From the NCBI GenBank assembly GCA_000708835.1, contig DF237433.1:1-64000 (forward strand): a stretch of 64,000 nucleotides of DNA, given 5' to 3'. This DNA comes from Klebsormidium nitens. Taxonomy: Eukaryota > Plantae > Klebsormidiophyceae. Under the pieces are notes generated by a model. It had not been told where the DNA came from and ran no database searches. It saw nothing but the letters and a program-made list of their open reading frames with translations. Below are positions 37,601 to 49,703 of the stretch, in pieces (the first letter of the stretch is position 1; each line of letters begins with the position of its first letter). Made by a program: the position numbers and the translations under genes.

Positions 37601-38668
37601 TGAAAAATGGACCTCACCTTCACTGCTGCCCACAACCCATCCACTTTGTCCAAGGCCGCCTTGCCGCGCTGGCTCAGACCAAGTGAGTATCTGCATGGAG
37701 AGCAAATGAATCGAAATCAGAAGGGGCATCAGGCAGAGACTAAGTCTCTTGACCTGACGCTTACACACTTTGATTCATCAACCACTGTGTCTCATGTCAC
37801 ACAATCCATTGGGGCTTTTTCTGCTCCTGAAATAGTATCTCCAGGAAACTTTTAGCAGAGGCTCGACTTACAAGGCCATGTCTGTTAAGCAAACCTGGCG
37901 GGTTTCCAAAAAATGAGGTCAAGCATTGACCGCGTGGTTTGACCGACCCCAACCTGTAGCCCAAACCCTCGAGAGACCGGCCGTATTTGCGATTGCCAAT
38001 GAGGGATTCAACGGATGAATTGAAATAGAAACAGAGAAACGCTGACAGCGACCGGCGTCAGATCTCATCTTTGGAGCTGGATTGGGCAGCCGGAAAATCA
38101 AGCAAGGACCAGAAAGCCAACTCACAACATGCGACGGCATATGGAAGTCCGTGTCAACCGCACACCCAATGCTTGTCACAGGCTTATCTATGTTGGTGCC
38201 ACCTCTCGCCCCTTGCGCATAGGGGGGCCTCAAGAAGCAAGAACTGCATTCTACACACAAGGAAGCCATTTGCAATGTCGTCCACGAATTATACCGCCTC
38301 TTTCGGAACAGATTCCCCACTCTGAGATGCCGACAGATCCATAGATTCCTCTCACCGCATTCTACATAGTCCGCAGCCTTTTGCAAAATTGCCCACAACT
38401 CACACCGCCTGTTTCAGCATTGAATTCCCCCGACATGAGATGCCGACGAACTCTCGCATTCCTCTCACCTTCTCGGAGTGGGGGGCCGCTTCATGGTCAC
38501 CCGAGGGTCTTCTCGTGCCTCATGTATGGAAACCCTAAATCTTCCATTCCCCTTTTCTAGGAGGTAGTGCGCCAAGAGGAGCCCAGAGGGGCCCGCCCCG
38601 ACTATGACCACTTTCATGGGCTCAGGCGGTGCGCCCCCGGCCTGGTCATCGGGAACTAGCGGCGGCAT
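31671..38668 (-). CDS. FAD-dependent monooxygenase (kynurenine-3-monooxygenase-like); exons about 38668-38469, 37691-37619, 37409-37256, 36622-36338, 35812-35669, 35194-35008, 34076-33933, 33409-33263, 32343-32245, 31811-31671
   Basis: VVIVGAGPSGLLLA (GxGxxG), YSLGLSQRG, YDLLVGADGVRSVVR, VLMGDAAHSTSPSIGQGCN, ERYSALRVPEGHAL. Splice phases are consistent for the last seven exons; boundaries of the first three are approximate. Confidence 0.9.
32575..35965 (-). repeat. Degenerate copies of exon ends (with splice sites) inside the monooxygenase introns
   Basis: Copies of the exon-8 3' end at about 33070-33145, 32905-33000, 32740-32830, 32575-32650; exon-8 5' part at 33465-33645; exon-7 5' end at about 34215-34280, 34350-34410, 34490-34545, 34640-34700; exon-5 ends at about 35880-35965 and 35595-35645. 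Confidence 0.85.
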
Positions 38669-40192
38669 ACTTTCTGCCCCTTCAGAAATGGTTGAGATCT
38701 AGAGCTGCAGGCAAAGGAGGAGAAACATGAGAAGTGAAGATTCAGACGAAACCCCCAGCTTCTTAGGACTTCTTACTGGCATGGGTTTGAGAGATAAATG
38801 TCGCACACGAGATGTTTCAGTTTTATGTTTTCGAGCGCCCCTTGTCTCGCAGAGTCATACCACTCTATGGACTCTGAATTTGTCTCCCGTCTTGAATGAT
38901 ACAGGTGAGCGAGAACAAAAACGACTTGTGTGCTGCGCAGCCAAGAGTGACCCAGGGATCAGACAATCAAAATTGCTCTTCAACCACCAAATGGTGCCAT
39001 ATCAACTCCTTCTATTGCTTGATGGACCCCTGCCTACAGCGCAGTAGGGAGTCTGCATTTTCACGAGCTTACCCGCCTCCTCTGAAAGGATTGCAACAGC
39101 TTCCCTGACCTTACTACGAAGAGAAACGACTCACCTCAAGCTGATGCCTCGTCAAAGCAAGTGTACGTTTCAGCAGCAGGAAACCCTACTGTGCTGGAGG
39201 TCGTTTAACTTTACGCCCTAATACCAATAGGCTCTGAATCTGAATGGGGAGTGCAGGCGCAATTCTTGCGAGCACAAAGATGCCAGCATGCAACATCTGG
39301 CATTGGCAATGTGTCTGCTGGAATTCTGAATGCATTATGCAGTCACGACAGTATGATGATCGTATAGACGTGGATCATCGATGGCCGTCGCTTCCGACCC
39401 CTAGTCGAGGCGGACGGTCTTGAAAGCACCAGATGACGCACGTGACTCATCCAAAGGTACCCCGGGCGGCCGGCCGGCGCCGGCCCGACCTCTAAACCTA
39501 GGCTCCGTACGGTCGCGCCTGCCAAACCCGGGGCCACCGCCAAACCGCGCGGTCCGGGGCGCCCGCGGCCGCGGGGCCGGCCACATGAAAGTGTCAGACA
39601 TCATAAGTTTCCTGTACTGGACCCAAGTTTCTGTTGACAGATAAGCGTTGCTGAGGCGGACCTCGTAACCTAAAATTTTCCGAGAGGATTTTGTGAGCAG
39701 GTAAGTCGATGTCTGGCCGCCTTTTGAAGTTTCTCCGACACTTCTGATCTGACGTTCAGGTAGAATTTTAGGACTTCTTTTCCAACACCATGTTGACGAG
39801 TTCCTTCACGTTAGTGCTGCTGATTGGTAGAACCACAAAATCTGTCTGGAGACGATAGCCCGCTTAAACGCTTACACTGCCTTTGTACAGTACGTTGGCT
39901 TTGTTTGTTCAAGATGGAGACTTGAGTATGAGTAGGACAAGAGTCAGTGTTCCTGATCAGCTGATACGAAAGCACTTCTGAGGATCCTCCGAGCACCCAC
40001 TCCAGACTGCAAACCATATTCAATGTGTTTGTTCGAAGTGCTGCAAAAAGAAGTGCAAAACTCGCTCATGGGATAACGTTTTAACATGCCGGAACTAGGT
40101 GCTGCAAAATTGGCTTGGGACGAAACATTGGACAGCCAGTATTCTGTACGATCGAAAGTGGCACTGAATTATCTGCTTGCAATTCCTTGCAG

Positions 40193-41623
40193 ATGGCACC
40201 TCCCAGTAGAACCTGGTTTGGTTTGAGACGGAAAAGTCCATCAATACCAGACTCTGGTTTGCCCCTGTCTACGACCGCCCTACCTGGACCTGGCAGCTCG
40301 AAGTATGGAAAAACATGAGGACTTTCAAGAGTCGAAGAGCAAAGAGCAGAAGTTTGCCGGTCTCTGGTGGCTGTTTCGAACGTGCCAGACTCGACTTTGA
40401 CGGTTCTTGAAGACGGTCGACCGCAAAAGCAGGCTGAGACCCGCTCAGATCAGGTCGCCAAACTTTGGGCAGAGATTGCCGAGCTGGGTCGGAAGCTGAC
40501 GGACGAGAAGCAAGGGAAAGAGCGAATCTTTGAGGAGCTGACGCGCGCTGGCGCCGAACTGGACGACGCGCAGGATGAAGGCGCCAGTCTGCGCGCTCAA
40601 CTAGCTGCTGAGATGCGGCGGGATGGGGAGAGGACGGAAAAGGAACTGGCGAGCGCGTGCGCGAGCTTGAACGAGGTGCAAGCAAAGAGTGGCGGTCTTC
40701 GAGCGCAGCTCGAGACGCTCGAGTCGAAGCTCGCCGCCAAGGAGAAGGAAAAGCTCGAGGCGGCTTCGAAAGTAGCGGAACTCGAGAGCGCGCTCGAGAG
40801 CTCGCGCGGCGCGGCCGCGGCGCTGGAGGCCGCAGCAGAGGCGGGCGCGCGGCGCGCGCGCGAGGGCGACAGGCTCCACTACGTGCTCGCGTGCAATGGC
40901 CAGACGGGCTCCATCGCACGGAGCGTCATGGCCTCCGATCCCGAGTCGCGTCTCTACAAGACGTTCAGCGGGGAGTGGAATTACGCGCGCGACGAATCGG
41001 GGCGCGCGGTTATCACGTGCCATCCGGACCGTTGGTCCGCTGTTCTGGAGCATCTGACGACGGGGGCGGTTCCGACGGACCGCGATACGCAGTTGCTAGA
41101 GCAGGCACGGTTCTGGAAGTTGCAAAGGCTGACGGCAGCGCTCGAAGCGCTGACGCCAGGAGCGGTGGTCTCAAACGCAGACTCTCAGGGGTTTACGGTG
41201 CGGGGTACGTTTGTGTCCGTCATGAGCGCCTATGAGCCGCGTCTCCCTTTCGTGACGCCCCGAGGTTGCGTAATGTATCTTCTAGTAATTGATTCTGGAA
41301 TTTGGATGTACTGCCATCCAGACTCTGATGCAGGATCTGCAGACGTCCAGCTGTCATACAGGTGTCGCGTGCTTTTGCGTGACCACAGCATCGAAAAGGA
41401 CTGGTCGACGGCCCCATGTATTGTCGGCAGGGATAAAATCAGGTCTTGGCATGAGGATGAGAGTCGTTGGGTTACGTATACGTTTGCGAGGTCCAAAAGC
41501 TGGGGCCATACCTGGAAAAAGTTGGGTTATACCCTGCATCAGATGGTCAGCGAGCCTTTGGCCTTAGCACACGACAGCCTCGTGGTCGAGTTTGAAGTTC
41601 GGTACATGGACGAGAAAAAGTGA
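40193..41623 (+). CDS. Coiled-coil + KCTD-type BTB/POZ + MATH-like C-terminal domain protein; in-frame TGA at 40316-40318 (pseudogene or downstream start)
   Basis: SDPESRLYKTFSGEWNYARDESGRAVITCHPDRWSAVLEHLTTG..LLEQARFWKL resembles the T1/BTB domain. The start MAPPSRTWFGL matches the paralogue, then GKT* occurs in frame. Confidence 0.7.
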
Positions 41624-42934
41624 GACCGTGGACTCTTTCTCTGCGGAAATTATGTGATACGATGATAAAAGGATTACGATTTGTTTCGTGCGCTTGACCA
41701 GAGGTTGGCTCGAGAAGGTGCGGCTCTAGATTTTCATTCTGACCACTTCGAGGTAACGGCAAGGAGCTGCACTTCTTGCTTTGCAGAAAGCTAGCTGTAT
41801 AGTATCGGTTTCTGAAAGCTACATTGCATCTCTTGCTTTATTATTCAGCGTAAGAATTCAACAAGTCCTGGAGTCCTTGACCGCATTTTCATTATGGATC
41901 CTTGCAGCATCTGAATGTAGGGCTTCTATGTCTACAGCAAGCCCACGTGGAACCTGGTTCGATACAAATAATCGAGCGAAATGTTACCTCTATAAGCAGT
42001 CGACGAAGAAAACTGGTGCCCACCTTTCAAACGCACATAAAATTTGATTGTTAGTGCTCTTATACGTCTCGGATGATTATACAATTCAAGTTCGCTAGAA
42101 CCCAATGGAGAAAAATGGTGCCCTTTCGAGCTTCACAGGCTTATATCTCGCATAATCAAATGCTTGCACTTTTTGTACACGTGTCATTAACACGGCATCC
42201 GTCTTAAAGAGCTCCGAAGAATTAGTGCATGATGAATGTATCTTCCAAAAGCTCACGGAAGCAGTCTAGCTATCCTATAACCACACGGATGTGCAGCGAC
42301 GTCTTAGGCCCCGCCTTTATTGACGCGCTGCCTTTATGAAAAGAAGGAAAAGCTACGTGCACTAAGGACGCTTTTTCCGGGACGACTGTGCTTGCACAGA
42401 CCGTGTCAGACCAGCGTCTGTCCGTCTTCTGCTAAACCCCTTAGTTGGATTCACGGTAATGATTGACCACTCAACGCATCAAGAAAAAGACGTTCTTTCG
42501 ACACTCCTTACAGAACATGCCATTCGCTTATGTGATCAGACGCTGGAAGGAAGCAGATTGAGGGCGATTGCAGACTTTCGTTCTCGTTGAATTCTAAACG
42601 TGGTATTGCAGAAGACATTGTACCCGCCGTTAACGTGCCAAAATCTTTCTGCAGAATTGTTGTAAAAGTTTCTTAACTTAGGTTTTATGGCCAAACAAAT
42701 CCTACACAGGCCGCACCTAGATCACTGATCACAGAGCGTCACGGACCTCTTTTTGTGTTGTCCAGTAATTGTCCAGTAATTGTAGAAACATAGCCGCAGG
42801 GGATAAGAGCAGACTCAGACTTTCGATTCTAAAGTGTATGTTTTAAATCGACCCCAAATTTCTCCCTGCATCTTTGCAGTACTTTTAGAACTACCACCTA
42901 TCCCTACGGAAATGATTCGCTTCCAAAATCATTT

Positions 42935-44305
42935 CTACTCGTCCAGATACCGAACCTCAAATTCCACGACGAGGCTGTCGTGTGCTAAGGCCAAAGGCTC
43001 GCTAGCCATCTGATGAAGGGTATGACCCCAGTCTCTCCACGTATGGCCCCAGCCTTTCTCGCTCCCTTCCGCAGGCGGACGTTCCCAGCTCTCATATTTC
43101 TTAAACTTCTCGCACGTGGCCGTCGACCAGTCTTTTACGATGCTGTTGTCACGCACGAGCACACGACACCTGTACGACAGCTGCGCATCCGCGGGTATAT
43201 CATCCGAATCTGGTTGGAAGTACACCCAAATACCGGACTCGTTGATGTGCAGCTTCATCACGTGACTCTGGGGCGTCACGAAGGGAAGGTTCTGCTTCGA
43301 GAAATTCATGACGGACACAAAGGTGCCCCGGACCGTGAACCCTTGCGAGTCTGCGTTTGAGACCACCACCCCTGGCGTGAGTGCCTCGAGCGCTGACGTC
43401 AGCCTTTGCAGATTCCAGAACCGCGCCTGCTCCAGCAACTGCGAGTCGCGCTGCTTCGGAACAGCTCCCGTCGTCAGATGCTCCAGAACAGCGGCCCAAC
43501 GGTCAGGATGGCACGTGACAATTGCGCGCCCCGAGTCGTCGCGCGCGTAGTCCCATTCCCCGCAGAACGTCTTGTACAGAAGCGACTCGGGTTCGGAGGC
43601 CAGGATGCTCCGCGCGATGGACCCTGTCTGGCCGTTGCACGCGAGCACGTAGTGCAGCCTGTCGCCTTCGCGCGCGCGCCGCGCGCTTGCCTCTGCCGCG
43701 CCCTTGAGCGCCGCGGTCGCGTCGCGCGCGATCTCCAGCGCGCTCTCAAGTTCTGCTACTTTGGAAGCCGCCTCGAGCTTCTCCTTCTCCTCGGCGGCGA
43801 GCTTCGACTCGAGCGTCTCAACCTGCGCTCGAAGGCCGCCTCTCTCCGCTTTTAGCTCGGTCAAGCGCGCGCGCGCGCGCGCCAGCTCTTTCTCCGTCCT
43901 CTCCCCGTTCCGCCTCGCAGCAGCGAGCTCCGTCCGCAGACTGGTGGCCTCCGATTGCACCTCGCCCAGCTGCGCGCGCGCGCGCGCCAGCTCCTCAATG
44001 CTCCGCTCTATCTCCTGCATCTCGTCGTTCAGCTTCCGGCCCAGGGTTCCGATTTCAGCCCAAAGTTTGGTGACCCGATCTGAGCGGGTCTCCACCTGCT
44101 TGTGAAGCCGACCATCTCGAACTAACGGAGTAGCATCCACCTTCGAGACAGTCGTTAGGAATCGGTCGACATGTGCACTTTCCTCGCCTGCTGGTCCGGA
44201 TAGGCCACTTGTTGAAGACTTGGCCGTAGGCGGGACCAGAGCAGAGGTTGACTTTGAAGGGTTGCCTTTCCTCAACCCAAACCAAGTTTTGCTGTGAGGT
44301 GCCAT
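42935..44305 (-). CDS. Intact paralogue: coiled-coil + BTB/POZ + MATH-like protein
   Basis: MAPHSKTWFGL start after a ttgcag acceptor; near-identical BTB segment; ends HDSLVVEFEVRYLDE. Confidence 0.8.
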   Translation of the reverse strand: MAPHSKTWFGLRKGNPSKSTSALVPPTAKSSTSGLSGPAGEESAHVDRFLTTVSKVDATPLVRDGRLHKQVETRSDRVTKLWAEIGTLGRKLNDEMQEIERSIEELARARAQLGEVQSEATSLRTELAAARRNGERTEKELARARARLTELKAERGGLRAQVETLESKLAAEEKEKLEAASKVAELESALEIARDATAALKGAAEASARRAREGDRLHYVLACNGQTGSIARSILASEPESLLYKTFCGEWDYARDDSGRAIVTCHPDRWAAVLEHLTTGAVPKQRDSQLLEQARFWNLQRLTSALEALTPGVVVSNADSQGFTVRGTFVSVMNFSKQNLPFVTPQSHVMKLHINESGIWVYFQPDSDDIPADAQLSYRCRVLVRDNSIVKDWSTATCEKFKKYESWERPPAEGSEKGWGHTWRDWGHTLHQMASEPLALAHDSLVVEFEVRYLDE

Positions 44306-46417
44306 CTGCAAGGGGATGTAAACGAGTGCCCTGGTTAATGTCAGTTTATTCCATGTACATGGTCTTCTCACGTTGAAGGTGAACGCAATATTGCCACTAT
44401 AAAACTCTGAAAAAGGTTTCTCGATAACCAGAAGTTTGCAGCCCATCAAGCGGCAGAGCTTTGAACAAAACCATTAAATTGGGTGTCCAGAACTATGATG
44501 GGAGCAGCAAAACTTTCTTGGATGCTTCTGAATGAACGGGAACGCGGAACTTTTCTCCATCCGATGGAGATCTATTTCATGAACCATTCTAATCAAAGCG
44601 TGCTCTTTTTCCAAAAGCAGCGTGCGTAAGCTCACTGCGTAAGCTAGAGAAGGCTCTCGTGATCAAGCCGATTCTGAAGGTTTTTGACATTGCCACATCT
44701 CTAGTCGGTTGATTCTTCAAAAAGGTGCCGCCAACCCTGCGTCTTTTCAATCAAAATATCAACTCCAGGCTCAAAAGGAGATTTCAAGCACAGTGTTCTG
44801 ACATACCTTGCATTCCACGCGGTCAGGAGATTCGCTTCCGCTGAACGGGTCAAAAGCAGCGCTTGTTTACTTTCAAAGCCATTCGTCACACGTGAAACGA
44901 GAGCTGCGCGGTATCCCTCTAGGTTGGTGACTCAAAGGAGCCCGACAAAAGTAGAAATTCCCGATGAGGAGCAGGCTTTTGCCGGCCTCGCGAACCCCTG
45001 CCGCGGCCGGGGGCCAAAAGAGCCGTGCATGCGCCTCGGCGGCGCCGTGGAAAGCGAAAAGGCTGAGAGAGCATACGGCCAAATCCCGACCGTCGATGCC
45101 ACATGGCTTGGAGTCGGTAAAGACGGACAAGATTGTTCCACATCGGCGCTGCTAGGGGTCAATCATTGTCACTGACGTCTAGCATCACATCAGGACAATG
45201 GAAGCGCGTGAGAGCCGGCCGCGCCGTCCGCAGAGCGCGGCCGCCTGTACGTCGGCCTGGGGCTTGTCCCCATGGCTACCACGGCGCTAATGACCACTGG
45301 AATTCCGTCGCCAGTAACGCCACCCTAGTGCGGGTGAAGCGCAGAGGTGCAATTGAGCTCCGGCTGTCTTCGAACCCGGCAAGGAGCACACCCATTGCAT
45401 CCGATGGTTACAACAAGCCCAATTCAGAGCGGTCACCCAAGACCGTGCTTGAAGGACAATTTGTAGCCCTGAATAGTAGCGTAGATATGATTCCGCGCGC
45501 ATCAGAGCAACAGACAAACCCCTGTAAAAGGCAGGCTCAGACAGCCATCGCGAACTGCCTTTTCGCGCCTTCCCGGTGGCGGTGAGGCGACCGGTGTTAA
45601 GAGCAAAAGTCTTTTACATATTGTGCAGGCGCCCATAAACCGCAGATACAGTCACCAACTGAGCCAAACAAATCATGTATCGCGCGCTACCTTATCCGCG
45701 TCCGTCAAAGAACAGGCACAGAAGCGCGCATGCAAAGAGGAACTTATGAGACAGATGAGAGGCCGTGCAAAACGCTGTTTGCAGTATGCCATGTAAGAAG
45801 CGGGTAGGCCGGATTAGACACGCTTCCTACGTCTCATTATTCAACTGCGACTGCTGCAGAAAAGCATGCAAGACTAATTTTATCCGATACCAAAAATCGC
45901 AGCGGTCATAAGAGGCAGCTTCGGCTGTGTGCACGAGTCAAACAAACTGGAAGATGCAAGCGCGTAGGCGACAGAAACCGTTGCAGCTCCAAATGTAGCT
46001 CCATCAAACGAGAACTTACGTTTTACTTTGATCCTCGTATGACTATTTATCTGATGCAGGAATGTTATGAAATGTATGAGCGGAGTAAAACATCTTAAAG
46101 AGCACATACGTCCGATCTGACAAAGAAGCCTCTCCTAAGGCACATGCCAATGCAGATTCCTCAATAATGAGTCAGATTCACAGAGGATGCGCGTCGAGCT
46201 CAAGTAAACAGACGCGGGCATAAGCTGAAGGAACCTTCCCTTTGATTTGTGTCGCGAAGTATGTCGCACAAACGGGGCACTTCTAAGTTCTTTCTCATCA
46301 CAAAATCCTGCGCATCCTGAGAAACTGATATCACCGATCTTTTGTAATCTCTTGGACGTGGTTCCCCTTTCATACAAGTAACCAAATCCCCACTGCCTCA
46401 GGATCTCTTCTGAACTA

Positions 46418-47566
46418 TTATCTCTGAGCTGTACTCCTGAAACCGGGCTCCCAAGGAGCGTGTGAACTCAAGGCTTTTGCATGTACATCCCCAAAAACTA
46501 TGCTAAGACCCACGACCAGTACTCCGGTCAATATCATACTGAGAACGGTGTACAACTTAAAGAACGTTGGGTCCGAAGCTTTGCTAGATGCGTCTGATTC
46601 TTCCAACGAGATACGTTGGCCCCTATACGGGTCCGGAAGCCAGGTACAGCCGCCTTGAACGCCCACGTAAAAGCTGAAGCTCATGTAATATTCGCACAAT
46701 TCCAGTTGTTCGCTCCCGTTTGTTGTTTCCATAAGGTATTGGTTCAACCCTTGAGAAGGGTCCGGAAGACTCACCGGTCCCAGGTTCTTCAGTTTGGGCC
46801 CTGTGGTCAGAAACTGATTGTCGCACTGTACGCGAAGAAACATTCTGGAACAGTCATGAGAATGAGAAAGTACGGTATCACCGTCTGGGACATTACGCTT
46901 ATGCGATGCCAGAACGGTACTAGACTAAGGCTTTCGCTTGTAACCTGATCTTCCAGGTTTCCCGTAGAAACCTCTGCTCCCGGCCAAGTTTCTGAACCCG
47001 GAACGGCGAACCCAGATTTTATGGTTACCAAGTCGTTTGCAAAAGCTTTCAACGGCAACAGAGTCTTTGGCCAGCTGAGGTTGTTCCACGTAGTCTGAAG
47101 GAATCTCACGATTTCGATGCACGCGGCGATTGGGACTAGGACCGTCCAGCTCAAGATCCCTATAGCCAGCAAGGAGCCTCCTATGAGAAGACTGATGTAA
47201 GCCCAAGTGAACAAAGCCCAAAACGCTACCGCTGAGCCAATACGAGATGGACGCACGGCTGCTATTACGGGCGGCGGAGGGTAGTCCGAAGCGCAGTTGG
47301 TCTTGGGCGCTTCCACTTGGTAGAAATCCAGAAAGGGTGCCCGCTTCAGGGTGCCGGCACTTCACGACTTGGAGGAGGCGGGTATTTTTTGCTCCAAACA
47401 CGGGGTTCGTTAGAGAGGACTTGTTGCGAAGGAATTCGTTTACCAAGTTAGGCTCTGGAAGCGACAGGCGCAGAAAAGTCTCGTCATTCGTTGCTTGAAC
47501 AACTCGGCTGACCGAGAGGAGGCATGTTACAACAAAGCCAAGTGCCAGAATCCCCCTTCCTGCCAT
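46418..47566 (-). pseudogene. Membrane-protein paralogue A (two frameshifts)
   Basis: Homology to the ORF at 51972-53225 is split over three frames (LSLPEPNLVN / YPPPPV..FWALFTWAY / LPDPSQGLNQY..VGVQGGCTWLPDPY). Confidence 0.75.
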
Positions 47567-48584
47567 TTTTCCTGAGTCTCTGCCCTTCGCAGTCTTGCCG
47601 TGCACAAAGCGCGCCGGTTATTGACCACTTGCAGTTCTGAACAAAAGAGCCTCCTCTCACAGCAAAGCGCACAAGCCTTGAGTCTGAGGCGGTCTCCTTT
47701 CACTTGATCTGGAGCCGCTGAAGGCAGCCGCGTGGCGCGACGCCATTTGTAAGCGCGCCCCGGCTTTGGTCGCGGCCGCGCGCCGAGAACGCTGAGCTGA
47801 GCGGCTCCGAATCTAGGCGGGCGCAGCGCGCGCATCGCAGGCCGACGACTACTGAAGCAGTGCGCGCGCCCGAGCACGCAAAAACGTGGCAATTGGTTTG
47901 TTTTCAGTGTAGCAATTCAAAGGTTTCGGATCCAAGTCGACAGAGGGCTGTTCAACGGTTGTGCGATTTCGCCACCACACAATCTGTTTGAAAGCATCGT
48001 ATAACGGAGATTAAAAGATCAAGAGAGGGTTCGGTAAACCTGTTACAATCCATAAGTTTCTTGAACCCTAGACGAGCGGGGTGGATATACTCGAGCCCAT
48101 GAGCGCCGACAAAGTAAAAACAGCTTGTCAGCAAGGGAAGAAGCTCGTTTCCATTTAAGCAGCGTAGAGGACTTGCATTTAAGCAGCGTAGAGGACGAAC
48201 ATGTCTAAACAAGATAAAGACCTATGATTCTATTTGCATACCGCACAAAAGTACTATTCGAGAGCAAGTACCACGGAAGTGATACAGCCTCTTGAAGGCA
48301 AGCGTCAAAGAAGAAACTGATACATAAGGACGTTCTTCAGAGCATTGGAATTTATAAGTCTGCATCAATTCACTTTCGGAGACAGTGTTTGGGACGAAGC
48401 GGTCGATCTGGAGACGATGTCGAGGTACCTTTCTCGCTGTCTAAAAAGACCGTTCCATCCTATCTCTGACTTAACGGAGCGTTATTACATCATCATGAAA
48501 AAAAGATTACAAAGTACCGTAAGGCCTAGCTACATACCCACTTCCTGAGATCCTGAATTGTTTTGAGAGAGGTCACGTCGCTAT

Positions 48585-49703
48585 CTACACAGCTACTGAT
48601 AGATCAGCTTCCGAACCGCTCAGTTTGCCTGCGCAAGCCAGCAAAACAAGCATCACGAGCATTAGCCCGGTCATTGCCATGCTAGCCAAAGTGTAGCCCA
48701 CGCTATTTGACTCCGTCGGATCTTTAGTAGACACCTGTAGCTCCTTCAAAGCGACCCGTTGCCAGCTGTACGGATCCGGACGCCAAGCACAGCCGCCAGG
48801 AACACCCACGTAAAAGTTATAGCTCATCCTTTCGCAGAGCTCCAGTTGGATGCCTGCGGTCTTTTCTTCCAGGTATTGATTCAGCCCGTGAGAGGGGTCG
48901 GGAAGAGGCACCGGTCCCAAGTCTTCGACTTTGGTCGCTTTGGTCAGAAGGTCTTTCGCCGCACGGTAAGCTACGAAAGGTGCCAGGAAGAGAATAACGA
49001 GGAACAAGTATGGCGCCACCGGATAGAGGATCTTTTGTACGCGTTCGGCCAACCATACTCGAAAATCTACTCCGTTTATGGTCACGCTCTGATCGTGTTC
49101 TTCTCGAGACCCAGTAGCGGATTTTGCGGACCCAGTCTCTATATTTGTCAGTTTTTGGGTGCTTGATTCCACGGGCACCCTAGCTTTTGGCCAGAGCTTG
49201 AATTTAATCCACTCAAGAAGAAGTTGGAGAATACAATAGATGAACAACCCCGCGATAAGAGAGACGTACACCGTCAAAACAAGGAAGTATCCAACCAAGG
49301 CAGAGCCTCCTATGACGAGACTTATGTAAGCTAAGGTGAACAAAGCCCAAAAGACTATCCCCGAGGCGGCCATACGAGATGGGTGCGCGACTGTTATCAC
49401 GGGAGGGGGGTACTCCGAGTCGCAGCTGCTGTTGGGTGCTTGCACTTGGTAGAACTCAAAAAAGGGCTCCCACTTTCGTTGGCACTTTACGACCTGGACA
49501 GGCCGGCTGTCGTTACCGCCAAACAGGGGGTTTCACTGAGAAGAGCTTTCCCGGAGGAAGGCGTTTACCAAGTCCGGTTCTGGAAGCGACAGGCACAGAC
49601 AAGCTCTCCCAGTGCAAGAAGCCGATGCTTGAACAAAGCGGTCCGCCGACAGCAGAAGGCATGCCAGGACCAAGGCAAACGCTGAACTCCATTTTGCCGC
49701 CAT
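48585..49703 (-). pseudogene. Membrane-protein paralogue B (in-frame TGA at 49535-49533)
   Basis: MAAKWSS start is in frame with ORF 48585-49445; FLRESSSQ*NPLFG versus FLRSNSSLTNPLFG in copy C. Confidence 0.75.

Noticed and set aside
48150-48200. Short tandem duplications (also about 36000-36032, 42768-42783, 30661-30696)
   Set aside because: Two-copy micro-duplications typical of slippage.
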